Shown: positions 25,455 to 44,595, numbered from the stretch's first letter. The stretch: 64,000 bases of DNA from Eledone cirrhosa (GCA_964016885.1 OZ024747.1:84754001-84818000); one strand, 5' to 3'. A program made the numbers and translations. Notes: a model not told the origin generated them from the sequence alone.

Positions 25455-28400
25455 ATGATGTTCCAGAACAATGTAAACGAGATAATTGCCAATTTGGGTT
25501 CTGGAACAAAAAAGATCATTGGCAATAAGGGCAGGGGCCCCAAGTTATCACAACCTGGGCCCGCCCGTCATCGTGCCATTGTAATAGAGCCAAACAGGGC
25601 ATTTAGTCTTGGCTGCTGGAACGTACGGACGCTGCTTGACAGGGATTCTTTGGAGCGTCCTGAACGAAGGACCGCTCTTGTTGCAAAGGAGCTTCGACGT
25701 TACGATCTTGACATCGTGGCTTTATCTGAGACGAGGTTAGCTGGAGATGGTCATCTTACGGAATTTTGCGGAGAATATACATTCTTCTGGAAAGGAAGAG
25801 ATGAAGGAACCAGAAGAGAGGCTGGGGTAGGATTTGCTGTTAAGACTGTACTGGTGAATAAATTAGAAGAATTCCCAGTAGGGATTAGTGAGCGTCTTAT
25901 GTCCATGAGAGTTCCGCTGGACAAGGGAAGATATGCTACCCTGGTGAGTGTGTATGCTCCAACTATGAATTCTGTCGATGAAGAAAAACTGTCCTTTTAC
26001 CATGCCTTGAAAGGTGTTCTAAGAAATATCCCTCAGGCAGACAAAGTCATCGTGCTTGGTGACTTTAATGCTAGAGTGGGTAGGGATTTTAACACATGGA
26101 ATGTAATCGGAAGGCATGGGGTGGGAAAGTGTAACAGCAATGGTATGCTCTTGCTGCAGATGTGTGAGGAGCTGGATCTGTGTGTTACCAGCACCATGTT
26201 CCAACAAAAGAACAAATTCAAGACCACATGGATGCATCCTGCATCTAAGGAATGGCATCTTTTGGACTACGTCCTAGTCAGGATGCGTGACAGACAGGAT
26301 GTGCAGTGTGTTCGTGTTCTTCGTGGAGCTGAGTGCTGGACGGACCACCGCCTGGTACGCGCAAAAGTGAATCTAATCACCAAACGTAAAATCCGGGCTC
26401 CTGGTGTTACCCTGCCCAAAAGATTGAATGCTGCTCGTCTTAAGGATAAAAACGTGAAGAGGACATTGGAAGAAGAGATGCAGGCTGCAGATCTTGGTGA
26501 GGATTGGCCGACCCTTAAAAAGTCGGTTTATGATGTAGGCAGACGTGTTCTGGGATTGGTGCAGCGAAAACATCAGGACTGGTTTAATGAGAATGATGTG
26601 CATATAGAGGACTTGTTGGCTGATAAGAGGCGTGCTCTGTCACGCTACTTGACGGCAAAATCACAGGAGAGGAATACGTTGCATGAGGAGCTCAGGGATG
26701 TAAAATCACGTGTTAGGCGGAGTCTTTCTCAGATGAAGGATCAGTGGTGGAGTGAGAAGGCTGGTGAGATACAAACTGCGTCTGATTGCAATAACACAAA
26801 GCTGTTGTACAGTCTCTTGCGTGAGGTTTATGGACCGTCTTCTTCTCTGGTGACACCGATTCGCAGCAAGGATGGCAAAGAACTTCTTCGTGACTCACAG
26901 GGAATTCTACGAAGGTGGCGAGAGCACTTTGATGATCTTTTGAATCAGCCGTCTGTCGTCAGTGAAGATTTCCTCAATCTCATTCCGGAAAGTCCTGTGA
27001 AAGTAGCTCTCGCAGAACCTCCGACGCTTGTGGAGGTTGCAGTGGCTATTTCGAAGCTGAACAGTGGAAGATCTCCAGGTATGGATGGCATACATGCTGA
27101 GCTCCTACAATATGGTGGTGAGAGACTCCTGCAACATCTTCACTTTCTGTTTGGAGAGATATGGGCTAATGAATCCGTGCCTGAGGACTGGAGAGATGCA
27201 GTAATGGTGGTCTTGTACAAGGGAAAGGGTAACAGGAATGATTGTGGGAACTACAGAGGTATATCATTGCTTTCTGTCGTGGGGAAAGTTTTATGTAGGG
27301 TGCGTCTGGACCGTCTGCTGACACACATTGCAGATTGTGTCCTTCCTGAAAGTCAATCTGGTTTTCGTGCTGGACGCGGCACTACTGATATGATCTTCTC
27401 AGCTAGACAGCTCCAGGAGAAGTGCATTGAACAGGGCTTGGATCTGTATCAGGGTTTTGTCGATCTGACAAAGGCTTTCGATACTGTCAACAGAGATGCA
27501 TTATGGAAGGTTCTCCAGAAACTTGGTTGCCCTGATAAGTTCCTTGCTTTAGTTAGGTCTTTCCATGACGACATGAAGGCTTGGGTTAATGTCGGAGGTA
27601 ACATGTCGGAGCCTATCTCAGTAAAAAATGGAGTGAAACAGGGGGATATTCCAGCACCGACCCTGTTTGCCATATACTTTGCAATGGTTTTCTGTATTGC
27701 ATTCAGGAATTGCGAGCATGGTGTTTACATCCGATATCGAACCTCAGGCAGCATATTTAACATCAGGCGCTTTGCTGCGAAGACAAAAGTATTTGCATCA
27801 GTCATAAGAGACCTCTTGTATGCAGATGATTGCGATCTTGTAGCGCACACAGAGAGTGATATGCAGCACATTTTGAATGTATTTTCTGACGCTTGCACTG
27901 CCCTGGGTCTGACTGTCAGTCTCAAGAAAACCGTCGTCATGTACCAACCTGCCCCTGGTAAGCAGTACACTGAACCAAACATCTATGTGTATGGCAAATG
28001 ACTTGGAGTGGTTGATCAGTTTGTCTACCTGGGAAGCACTGTCAATCGATACGGCAACCTTGACGGTGAAATCTCACTTAGGATTAGGAAAGCAAGTGAT
28101 GCTTTCGGAAAGCTAGAAAGGCGACTCTGGGGTCGGCGAGACATATGCAGGAGGACAAAGGTAAAGGTGTACAGGGCATGTGTACTCTCTTGTCTTCTTT
28201 ATGCCTGCGAGACCTGGGTCACATATCGACGCCACCTTAAGCAATTGGAGCGTTTCCATCAGATGTGTCTCAGACGGATCCATGGCGTTCACTGGAGGGA
28301 CCACATCAGTGATGTCGAGATTTTGGAAAGCTCTATGTGTGACAGTATAGAAGCTCTTGTGCTTAAGCAGCGAATCCGTTGGAGTGGTCACCTTGCCAGG

Positions 28401-29000
28401 ATGAAGGATTCTAGAATACCAAAACAACTCTTCTATGGAGAGTTGGTTAAAGGAAAACGACCGCCACATAAACCAAAAAAGAGGTATAAGGATTCCTTGA
28501 AAGCCTCTCTGAAAGACGCTAACATCTCTGCTGATACATGGGAAAATATTGCTGCTGATCGTAATAAATGGAGAAAGACTGTATATGAGGGAAAAGTTGC
28601 CTTTGAGGCATCTCGAATCGCACACGAGAAAGTAAAGCGGGACGTGAGGAAGGGCATTGCTGTTGCACTTCCAGACGGCGAGGGTCCTCCTATGGTGCTG
28701 ACATGCAGCGTCTGTGCGAGACTCTGCCTAAGCAAAGCTGGACTCGAAAGTCATCTTCGCGGTCATAAAGTAAGACCAGTGGTTGACTACCAGGCTGCTG
28801 TTGGAGATGCTACTCATCATGCTTGCCAAACATGTGGTAGAGAATGTAAATCAGCAGGAGGGCTCAAGCGACATGCAAAAGTACACGAACTCCAACCACA
28901 GCCGACTATTCCCAGTAAATGTTTTGGTTGCCGACTCTGTGCAAGACATTTTAGATCATTGGCTGGGCTAAAAAGCCACATTCGATCGCAGCACTGTTAG
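25455..29000 (+). mobile_element. RTE-clade LINE, single ORF (APE, RT, three C2H2 fingers) with one in-frame TGA at 27999-28001
   Basis: WNVRTL, ALSETR, GDFNARVG, TDH, YRGISLL, KAFDTV, YADD, YLGS, W.GH; same frame continues 28002-29000; (GT)n tail. Confidence 0.93.
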
Positions 29001-29008
29001 TTGCTATC

Positions 29009-29040
<32 letters not shown>

Positions 29041-29119
29041 GCTTATGTGCGTGCGTGTGTGTGTATATATATATGAATATGTATATTATTATTGTTGTTG
29101 TCGTTATTATTATTATTGC

Positions 29120-29153
<34 letters not shown>

Positions 29154-29239
29154 GTTATTGTTATTCCTTGAATCTCAGTCATTGATGTTGGTTAACTGGA
29201 AAGTCCGTTGGATTGAATATCAAGCCACTACCTGCAGCC

Positions 29240-32200
29240 TCAGATATTCAGGACGTATCGGAGGGTTCTTGCCGTTCCAAGCAAGCATGCCTTTTGAAGC
29301 GTTCCAAAAAGCGTGAAGGGGCCGATTTTCTTTAACCATCCCTGGAAACCTTTGGAGATAGTCCCCAGTGCGCCTATGACAATCGGGATCACTTTGACTT
29401 CATGGCAGTTCCAAATCCTTTTCACCTCCCACTTTAGGTCCTGGTATCGGTTAATTTTCTCCCTCTCCTTCTCTTGCACTCTCGTGTCGAACGGGCAGGC
29501 CACATCCACAATCAGGCACGATCTTTTTTCTTTGTCCACAACCACCAGGTCAGGTCTATTGTGTTCCAGTTTTTTGTCCGTCTGTATCCTAAAATCCCAC
29601 AGCACCTTCACCTGACTGTTCTCCATCACCGCCTCTGGCCTATGCTCATACCATTTCTCAGAATGTGGTAGATTGTTTACTTTGCACAGGTGCCAGTGGA
29701 TCACCCTGCCCATCACATCGTGTCTCCAGCCCTTATAGTGGGTCTGGGCTAGGTGTTTACACTCGGACACAATGTGGGCCACAGTCTCCTCTCTCTCTCC
29801 ACAGATCCTGCACAGTGGGCTAGCCTCCTCCTTGTAGATATGGTGCTTCAACCACTTCGTTTTGAGGGCCTGCTCCTGCGCAGCCATTAGCATTCCTTCT
29901 GTAGCCTTTTTGAGGTCTCCTCTTCTCAACCAGTTCCATGTCTGTGGATCTCTAAATTCAGTTTTCTCAAAGAAGGTACTATGAAGGGATTTTCCCTTAA
30001 GGCTGCTCTTCCTCCTTGATGTTATTTCCTCCTTGGATATCCCCTGGCCTACTGTCCCCTCCTTCAGTACAGCTCTGAGCATTGGCTCCTTACTATAGGT
30101 CACGTATTTGTATAGGTTGTTTTTCTCCATCTGAACACAGTCCTCTATGCTGATAAGACCTCTTCCACCCTCAGATCTCCTTAGGTAGAGTCTATCGACA
30201 TCACTCCTCTTGTGGAACATGTTGTAGATAGTCAATAGCTTCCTAGTCTTCCTATCCATTTCTTTTTGTTCAGCAACATTCCATCTCAGAATTCCCGCAC
30301 TGTACCTAATAATAGACACAGCTCGGGAATTTACTGCGCTTATGGCATTTCTGCTGTTCAGATGTGACTTCAATACGCTCCTTACTCTCCGAATGTATTC
30401 AGTTCTTAACAATTCCTTCATTTTTTTGTTCTTTATGCCATCAGCCTCCAGAACGCCCAAATACTTGTATCCTTCCTCAGAGTCAATTTCCTTTATCATC
30501 TCACCTGTTGGTATCTGGATCCCGTTACTTCTGCTCAACCTACCCCTCCTCATCACAATGACTCCACATTTACCAATACCAAACTGCATACATATATCAC
30601 TGCTGAAAATACGGACAGTGTCAACAAGCACATCCAACTCCTTCTCACTTTTCCCGAAGAGCTTAAGATCGTCCATGAAGAGGAGGTGATTGATGGTAAG
30701 CTCTCCCCTTCCCAACTTGTATCCTGCTCTCACTTTTCGCAGCATAATGGTCAAGGGCATCAGGGCAAGGACAAACAACAGAGGGGACAGGCTATCTCCC
30801 TGGAAGATACCTCTCTTGATCTTCACGCTTCCCAAGGATACTCCAGTTGATGTCAACTCTGTCTCCCAGGACCCCATACTCCTGCCCAACAACTGTCTGA
30901 TGTTATCTGCCACCCTGAAGATCTCCAGGCCTTTGGTGATCCAGGAATGAGGCACCATGTCAAATGCCTTTCTGTAGTCTATCCATCCCATGGCAAGATC
31001 AGTGTGTCTCCTCCTGCAATTCCCCATTACCATCTTATCAATAAGCAACTGGTCCTTTGTACCACGTGACTTCTTTCGGCATCCTTTCTGTTCGTCCGGT
31101 AACAAGTTGTTTGTGTGGAGGTGATGGTAGATTTCCTCAGACACAATGCTCGTCAACAGTTTCCACATTACGGGCAGACATGTGATAGGTCTATAGTTGG
31201 TAACATCATTACCCTTGCTTCGGTCTTTCATTATCAGAACTGTGGTACCTTTTGTCAACCACTCTGGCACCTCACCCGACACCAAGCAGTCATTGAACAT
31301 GGCCGTCAGCTTCGGGTGGAGGGATGTTAAATGTTTAATCCAATACCCCTGCACACCATCTGGGCCTGGTGATTTCCAGTTGGTTAGTTTTTTGGCTTGC
31401 CCCTTAAGAGTTTCAACTGTGATACTCAAATCAGTCTGTTGTTGTGCCTGCTCACCGATCTCCCTCTGTACTGTCTCAATCCACCCTGCCTGGGCATTGT
31501 GTCTAACATCCTGCTCCCATATTCCTCTCCAGAATGTTTTAGCTTGTTCCGCCCCAGGGATCAAGTCGTTGCCTCTTTCTTTCCCCTCAAGCTGTCCAAA
31601 CAGCATCTTCTGGTTGTTGTCGGACATGCGGTTCTGTTTATACTGACTGACTCTGTTCTCGTATCGCCTGATTTTGGCACTCTTTGCTACAATGCGTTGC
31701 TTCAATTCCTCTATGATAATATTTAGCTTTTTACTCCTAGTTTTGTATTTTATTTCCAGTCTATTTTTAGTGCCTATGTTTTTTAGTGTCCCATTCAGTA
31801 GTGACTCAAGCTTTCCTATGTCATTTCTCATTTCCCCGATTTGCCCACTCAGTCGCTTCTTCCACCACGGCTCTGCTCTTTCTTGTCTGTTGTTTCCTCT
31901 CGCTTTTATACCAAGTAGTTTCCTCACCGTATTTGCTGTTGCTTTGAGGATATTGTTGCACTGGTGAAGACTCCTCGCCTCAAGGTATGGGATGACTTTG
32001 TTTACCTTAGCTGTTGTTTCTTTTAACTTTTTCCTGTCTACAAATCTTAGGTTCATAGGTCTCCCACTATCATTGTTCAACTCATCGACCACTAAATTTA
32101 GGATGTCAACCGAATCTTGTCCTAGCCCGTCAGCATTCATCTCCTCAGTGGCCGTATCTCTGTTCCAGGTATTATTTATCTCAGTATTCAGATCATTGTC

Positions 32201-32632
32201 TGCTTCGGGTGGTTCCTCCGTTCTCAGGACCTCCTCACCTTCATTTCCCGCCGGCTCGCTTGTCTGGCATACTACACCCGCCATCTCCAAGCCATTCTCT
32301 CTGCTCAGTTCCTCCAGTTCCAGCTCGCTTATCCACCCATTAGTTCTTATTACCCGAGCCTGCCCGGCCAATTTTTGTTCATCTAATTTAAATAAACCAA
32401 TCTCGTTCCAGATGTTATGCATCCGTCTCCTGTAGCCCCTCTCCTTGGGGTTACTTTTCAGGTAGCATTGCATAACAGTTCTATTCAATTCTTTCGTCCA
32501 GTTGGTTCTGGCCCCTTTCCTTCTTCTTCTTCCTCCAACATCAGCAGTATTTGGTTGACAGTCAGGTTCCTGCTGCTGAGCCAGGGGGCACCTGTTGGGT
32601 GAGAGTCTGTCACATGACGTTCTAGTCTCCAT
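29240..32632 (-). CDS. R4/Dong-clade non-LTR retrotransposon ORF (RT, CCHC, restriction-like endonuclease), 1130 aa intact; element ~29165-33180
   Basis: WKSPGPDG, YRPITCL, QGDSLSP, FMDD; CRIC..ET..H..C, RHD, NRPD, DVACP, K..Y; (TAA)n on both flanks, the known Dong target. Confidence 0.92.
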   Translation of the reverse strand: METRTSCDRLSPNRCPLAQQQEPDCQPNTADVGGRRRRKGARTNWTKELNRTVMQCYLKSNPKERGYRRRMHNIWNEIGLFKLDEQKLAGQARVIRTNGWISELELEELSRENGLEMAGVVCQTSEPAGNEGEEVLRTEEPPEADNDLNTEINNTWNRDTATEEMNADGLGQDSVDILNLVVDELNNDSGRPMNLRFVDRKKLKETTAKVNKVIPYLEARSLHQCNNILKATANTVRKLLGIKARGNNRQERAEPWWKKRLSGQIGEMRNDIGKLESLLNGTLKNIGTKNRLEIKYKTRSKKLNIIIEELKQRIVAKSAKIRRYENRVSQYKQNRMSDNNQKMLFGQLEGKERGNDLIPGAEQAKTFWRGIWEQDVRHNAQAGWIETVQREIGEQAQQQTDLSITVETLKGQAKKLTNWKSPGPDGVQGYWIKHLTSLHPKLTAMFNDCLVSGEVPEWLTKGTTVLIMKDRSKGNDVTNYRPITCLPVMWKLLTSIVSEEIYHHLHTNNLLPDEQKGCRKKSRGTKDQLLIDKMVMGNCRRRHTDLAMGWIDYRKAFDMVPHSWITKGLEIFRVADNIRQLLGRSMGSWETELTSTGVSLGSVKIKRGIFQGDSLSPLLFVLALMPLTIMLRKVRAGYKLGRGELTINHLLFMDDLKLFGKSEKELDVLVDTVRIFSSDICMQFGIGKCGVIVMRRGRLSRSNGIQIPTGEMIKEIDSEEGYKYLGVLEADGIKNKKMKELLRTEYIRRVRSVLKSHLNSRNAISAVNSRAVSIIRYSAGILRWNVAEQKEMDRKTRKLLTIYNMFHKRSDVDRLYLRRSEGGRGLISIEDCVQMEKNNLYKYVTYSKEPMLRAVLKEGTVGQGISKEEITSRRKSSLKGKSLHSTFFEKTEFRDPQTWNWLRRGDLKKATEGMLMAAQEQALKTKWLKHHIYKEEASPLCRICGEREETVAHIVSECKHLAQTHYKGWRHDVMGRVIHWHLCKVNNLPHSEKWYEHRPEAVMENSQVKVLWDFRIQTDKKLEHNRPDLVVVDKEKRSCLIVDVACPFDTRVQEKEREKINRYQDLKWEVKRIWNCHEVKVIPIVIGALGTISKGFQGWLKKIGPFTLFGTLQKACLLGTARTLRYVLNI

Positions 32633-32997
32633 TTCACCGTTATTCGAACTGTTTATGTTCGATATTTAAACACTCTTATCGAGGATTGGCGAACGTATGT
32701 TTACATAGCCATCTGTGGATCCGCCATCCCACTTGGCCCTTGTGTGGCATTATCACCACGCTGTATACGGACACACATAAACAAACAAACACACTGGCAG
32801 AAAGGGCCCCAAAAATGAATAAGCATAAGTTTCATTGTAATGTAGTATTCGAATGTCTGACTTAGTTTTTGTTTTTTAAGTTTTACTTTTTCCCCCCTCT
32901 TCTCTGTCCGTCCGCCTGCTTCTCTCTTCATTCTTATTTTCTTTACGTTTTTGGGGTTTCTTTTTTTGTTTTTGTTTTTCTCTGTTTGTTTTTCTCG

Positions 32998-33033
<36 letters not shown>

Positions 33034-33178
33034 GCTGTGTTGCTTTGGTTTTGTTGTTTGTTTTTTCTTTTTTCTTTTGAGTCTATCTATATATTTTGAT
33101 GCCTTCCTCTTTGTTAGTAGTAGGAATTCTATAATGTGGAAGTGGCAGCCAGCAGAGACTGGCGGCGTTGGCGATACT

Positions 33179-33216
<38 letters not shown>

Positions 33217-33286
33217 GTTAATAATGTATGTGTGTATATGTGTGTGTGTATGTGTATGTATGTGTGTGTGTATATATGTATGTATG

Positions 33287-33357
<71 letters not shown>

Positions 33358-33464
33358 CTTTTCCTTTTTTTTTTTTTTTTATTTATTTTTTATTATTATT
33401 ATTATTTTTTTTTTTTTTTTCTTGTGCAATGGCCATACTCGATAACGAGGGGGCAGCCATCATC

Positions 33465-33710
33465 ATATATTTGGAGGCCATTTCTCTGTGTGTGGGTGTA
33501 TGTATGTGTATATGTGTGTGTGTGTGTATGTGTGTGCATGTGGATGTATGTATTGTGTGTGCGTGTGTGTGTGTGTGTATATGTGTATCTGGATGTATGC
33601 GTATGTGTGTATATATATATATATGTGTGTGTGTGTATGTCTATATATATGTGTGTGTATGTTTGTATGTGTGTATGTATATATATGTGTGTGTGTGTAT
33701 GTATGTGTGG

Positions 33711-33758
<48 letters not shown>

Positions 33759-34515
33759 ATATATATATATGTGTGTGTGTGTGTATGTATGTGTGTATCT
33801 GGATGTATGTGTATGTATATGTATGTGTGTGTGTATATATATATATATATATGTGTGTGTATGTGTATATATATGTGTGTGTGTGTGTGTATGTATATGT
33901 ATATGTGTGTGTGTATGTATGTGTGTATATGTATATATATATATATATATATATGTATATGTGGATGTATATGTATATGTATGTATGTGTGGATGAAGGT
34001 ATGTGTGTATATATAGGTGTAAGTGCACTAAATCCCTTTCTATCACGCTCCACTCTCCTACCCACCACAGGAAGATATATGTATGTATATTGCTTCCACC
34101 CCCTCACTGACCAGCAGCTGGCCAGTTGGCCATTGCTAAATGGGACCTTTATAAAATAACCCACACCCCAAATAACTTCTCATTCACTACCAGAAAGGGA
34201 CACAGCAGTCAACTTGTTGTTGCTACCTAGATGAAAACTACTATGAAATCCCACAATGAATTTTATACTTGAACTTTCAAATCTCAAATTTTAACTCTTC
34301 GTATTATTAATTTTTCTTAATATTAATCAACATTTGAAAAGATGGCTTTTGCAGACCCATCGAAACCGGTCATTTTTTATACCCTTTATTATTTCCTTAC
34401 CTTATAAAATTATATGTTTTTTCACAAAAAAAGTATTCTGTCTCTTATATATTCCATGTGCCATTACCAACCTCAATTTTCTCTATAACCTTCGTTTTGT
34501 GTAGAAAATTACACT

Positions 34516-34520
<5 letters not shown>
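33465..34520 (+). mobile_element. Displaced 3' region/pLTR of the Neptune element at 14575, with U3-A8 HHR at 34326-34378
   Basis: begins with a repeat of 17745-17825; TTGAAAA-gatgg...ccatc-GAAA-ccgg-TC; stem I degenerate. Confidence 0.6.
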
Positions 34521-34604
<84 letters not shown>

Positions 34605-35126
34605 CATACATGCGTAAAAACACAACTGTGGTCAAGTTTGGTCTTTTTTATTAAGAATTTTTCATATTTCCTCATTAGTCCTTTATGCCTGTATGTCTGC
34701 ATTGTCTGGAACAACAGCGTAAATGGATCCATAAGTATCTTAACGTTTCGAGCATTTCACACTCCCATCTTCAAATAAGAATGATTGTGGTAGTAGTATG
34801 TCGTTCGCTGACTTTACAGTGGTCGCAAAGGATCGTGTGGGTACTAACTTAGAAACTTATCACTGATCTCTGATCTAAATCAGGCAAACGACAACAACCT
34901 GAGATCAACTTAGGCGCAAGAAATAAAATTCTACAACGTCGGATTAGGCATGGCAGTGTTCACTAATAATTTTGCGTATGATGTATCTGAACGTTGATTT
35001 TCGATATATGTTAAAAGATGGGATAAAGAAATATTAAAAATCCTTAATTTAAAAGATGAAACGTTTTTATTGTAACATGTTTGAAAGAAAAGTTGTTCTC
35101 TATTTATACACGAATATATATATATA

Positions 35127-35695
35127 ATGTATAATAAACAATACAATATAATTACCTCATTACCAGAGGTTTCCCGAATAAGACAAATACAAGGAACGTC
35201 CTCACTCGTTTGTCGGACAAGGCAATTTAAAACATAGTGAAATATATATTATATACGTATTTGTGGTCACACATACACTGATATGCTTGCCCTCATATAT
35301 GTAGTTACGCACACATTTTTTCACTATACACATGCATTTGTACATACACACATATGTACATTTGTGAGTGAATATACACACATTTATACACATACCCTAA
35401 CTATATTTCCTTATTTTATTTTTATATATCTCTTGCATTACTTTTATTTATATATTTTTTTGCACGTTAAACTTTTTCCTTTCTTGAAAAGATTTTTCAA
35501 ATATTTCACTATGTTTTAAATTGCCTTATCTGACGAACGAATGAGGACGTTCCTTGTATTCGTCTTATTCGGGAAACCTCTGGTAATGAGGTAATTATAC
35601 TGTATTGTTTATTATACATTAAATTTAGCTCCGGTACTTACATAGAGCTCTCTTCACTCCTATGATTTTTTCAATTTTCAACGGAAACTTTAATA

Positions 35696-35700
<5 letters not shown>
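35127..35700 (+). mobile_element. Fold-back element family F with HHR at 35521-35594 (+)
   Basis: arms 35127-35247 / 35501-35620; ttgccttat-CTGACGA-a.cgaatgaggacg..cgtcttattcg.g-GAAA-cctctgg-TA-atgaggtaa. Confidence 0.85.
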
Positions 35701-35759
<59 letters not shown>

Positions 35760-35765
<6 letters not shown>

Positions 35766-36241
35766 TAAACGGAAGAGAAAATGCTGACAAATTGTTCACA
35801 GTTGAAAAATGGTTTAATTAGGAATAAAAGAGTATTGGTGATTGTATGGGTTAGTATTCAGTTGTGGTTTAAAGTTTTTAAGTTTTTACCGGTTGCGCAT
35901 TTCTAAATGCTTTTCAAAAATAATTTTGAGATAGAGTGTCCGTGCTGTTTGCTCTGATCTGATTAGTTTTGGGAATTCTACCTGTTTTTATGTTAAAAAA
36001 ATGGCTCCAGCGTTATTTTTGTGTTGCAAAAATGCTTGTGGTCAAAACAATTTTGATTGGTCGGTAGAGGTCATGTGAATGTAAAAAGTTGATTTTGCGC
36101 CAAGACTGTTTTTATGTTAAAATGTTAGAAAAGTGGCTCCAGCAAAAATTATGGTCAAAACAATTTTGATTGGTCGGTAGAGGTCATGTGGATAAAAAAT
36201 TGGTTTTGCGCCAAGATTGAGAAATGACTCTTTCACAACAA

Positions 36242-36279
<38 letters not shown>

Positions 36280-36348
36280 TAGTAGTAGTAAGGTGTTCGA
36301 TGCTGCGACAATAGCCACCAGCGATGTGTGTCAAATGGCTATTAAGAT

Positions 36349-36398
<50 letters not shown>

Positions 36399-37910
36399 AC
36401 ATACACACAGCAGAGTCATTCGAAGGTCAAAAGATATTTTTCAGCTTTTGTCTTATACGGAGAAGTGCGTGTGTGTGTGTGTGTGTGTGTATAAGTCTCT
36501 TTGTATGTTGATGTACGCGTGTGTATGTGTTTGTGTATATATATGTGTGTGTGTGTGTGTGCGTGTGTGGGTGGACCAGTATTTTTTTCCCCCCTGGTAA
36601 AATGGTGTACATTATTCGATTTTTTCAGTAAAATCGGTTCTCTTAATAGAACATCAACAATCTTAACAATAAAAGGTGTGAAATGATATTCACTATATAT
36701 ATATACACACACACACACACATATATATATTTTCACTACATATATATATATATATATACATATATACATACATATATATGCACATATATTTTTTTGTATT
36801 GCACCATAGAGCATGTGTGTTTACGTGTGTCATTGTGTTTATATGTGGGTAGAGATGTGTGCTGATGTAGGTATGTATGTTGACGTGTGTATGTTGTGGG
36901 TTCGTCTTAGGGAGAAGTGTTTAGACGGGGTCCGTATTTGTTAATGAAGTAAGATTCCTTGCTGATGCGCTGGGTGTGGGTGGCATTATCTTTAAATTTG
37001 TAGAGGGGAAAGATTCTGAAGTTGGGATGATTTTGGGCGGCGCAGGTATCAATGTGTTCACTCAGTGGTATTTTCCTGTATTCCCGTATTTTAATTTGGG
37101 ATCTATGGACAGTCATGCGTTGGCGGAGGCTGTTTTTGGTCTGGCCTATGTATTGTTCTCGACAACCTGAACAAGTTAATACATATATTAAATTTTCCGA
37201 TGCACATGTGAAATTGTGTTTTACTATAAAACGTTGTCCATCTTTGAAATAGAATTCCGAACCCTCTATTAGGTTGATGCAAATGCCACAGTTGGGTCTA
37301 TCGCATTTTTTTACTGTGGGTTTCGTTGTTGTGGTTGGCAGTACTTTGGCATGTGTTAAGATGTTTTTCATTGACTTGGATTGTCTTTTGCTCTTTATGA
37401 TATCGTGTGTTCGTAGAATTTGGTTCATTCTATGGTCCTTTTTCAATACAGGGATGTTCTGGAGGATGGTGTCAAAGGCCTCGTTGTTGAGGGGGTTGTG
37501 TGTGGAGATGTATGGAAGAGCTTTTAGTTTTGGTTGATTTACTTTAGGGTGTCTAAGGTCCTGGGTACTGAGTTTTAGGGCACGTTGGATTCCATTGTCA
37601 ATTAGTGATGCAGGGTAGTCCCTGCCTATGAGTGTGTCCTTTAGTTCTTGTAGCCGTAAGTAGCAGATGTTTTTATTGGAGACTATAGTACAGATTCTCT
37701 TGGCTAAGTTGTAGGGAATATTAATTTTAACGTGTCTAGGGTGGCAAGAGTTGAAGGGGAGGTATTAATTGGAGTCTGTGGGCTTGTAGTATATGTCTGT
37801 TTCTATTTTTTTGTTATGGATCTTAATGAGGATGTCGAGGAAGGGGAGTTGTTGATGGCTGTATTCCTAATTAAACCATTTTTCAACTGTGAACAATTTG
37901 TCAGCATTTT
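35760..37910 (-). mobile_element. 5'-truncated Neptune-type PLE (RT thumb, GIY-YIG, microsatellite-rich pLTR)
   Basis: ORF 36907-37446 CDRPNCGIC, NLIYVLTC..YIGQT, homologous to 16236-17426; mutated U3-A8 HHR at 35883-35921 (TTGAAAA..GCAA-ccgg-TA). Confidence 0.88.
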
Positions 37911-37961
37911 CTCTTCCGTTTACCAATATATAATAACTTGTGTGTTACACCTCTATTCTTT

Positions 37962-38165
<204 letters not shown>

Positions 38166-38190
38166 CGTATATATATATATATATATATAT

Positions 38191-38319
<129 letters not shown>

Positions 38320-38344
38320 CATATACATACATATATATATATAT

Positions 38345-38630
<286 letters not shown>

Positions 38631-38675
38631 GTATATATATATATATGTATATATATATGTATATATATATACATA

Positions 38676-39360
<685 letters not shown>

Positions 39361-39403
39361 CATATATATATACATATATATATATATACATATATATATA
39401 CAG

Positions 39404-43377
<3,974 letters not shown>

Positions 43378-43391
43378 ATATATATATATAC

Positions 43392-43499
<108 letters not shown>

Positions 43500-43558
43500 C
43501 ATATATATACATATATATACATATATATATACATATATATACATATATATATATATAC

Positions 43559-43635
<77 letters not shown>

Positions 43636-43638
43636 TAT

Positions 43639-43805
<167 letters not shown>

Positions 43806-43840
43806 TATACATATATATATACATATATATACATATATAC

Positions 43841-43965
<125 letters not shown>

Positions 43966-44018
43966 CATATATATACATATATATACATATATATATACAT
44001 ATATATACATATATATAC

Positions 44019-44049
<31 letters not shown>

Positions 44050-44050
44050 C

Positions 44051-44099
<49 letters not shown>

Positions 44100-44107
44100 T
44101 ATACATG

Positions 44108-44167
<60 letters not shown>

Positions 44168-44172
44168 TATAC

Positions 44173-44385
<213 letters not shown>

Positions 44386-44409
44386 CTTATATATATATAC
44401 ATATACATA

Positions 44410-44463
<54 letters not shown>

Positions 44464-44467
44464 CACA

Positions 44468-44519
<52 letters not shown>

Positions 44520-44522
44520 CAA

Positions 44523-44594
<72 letters not shown>

Positions 44595-44595
44595 T

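Noticed and set aside
27999-28001. In-frame TGA as selenocysteine or programmed readthrough
   Set aside because: It falls at a variable position (YGK*LGVV), not a conserved Cys, and no SECIS was seen; a point nonsense mutation is simpler. Sec-containing PLEs (Naiad) are a different class
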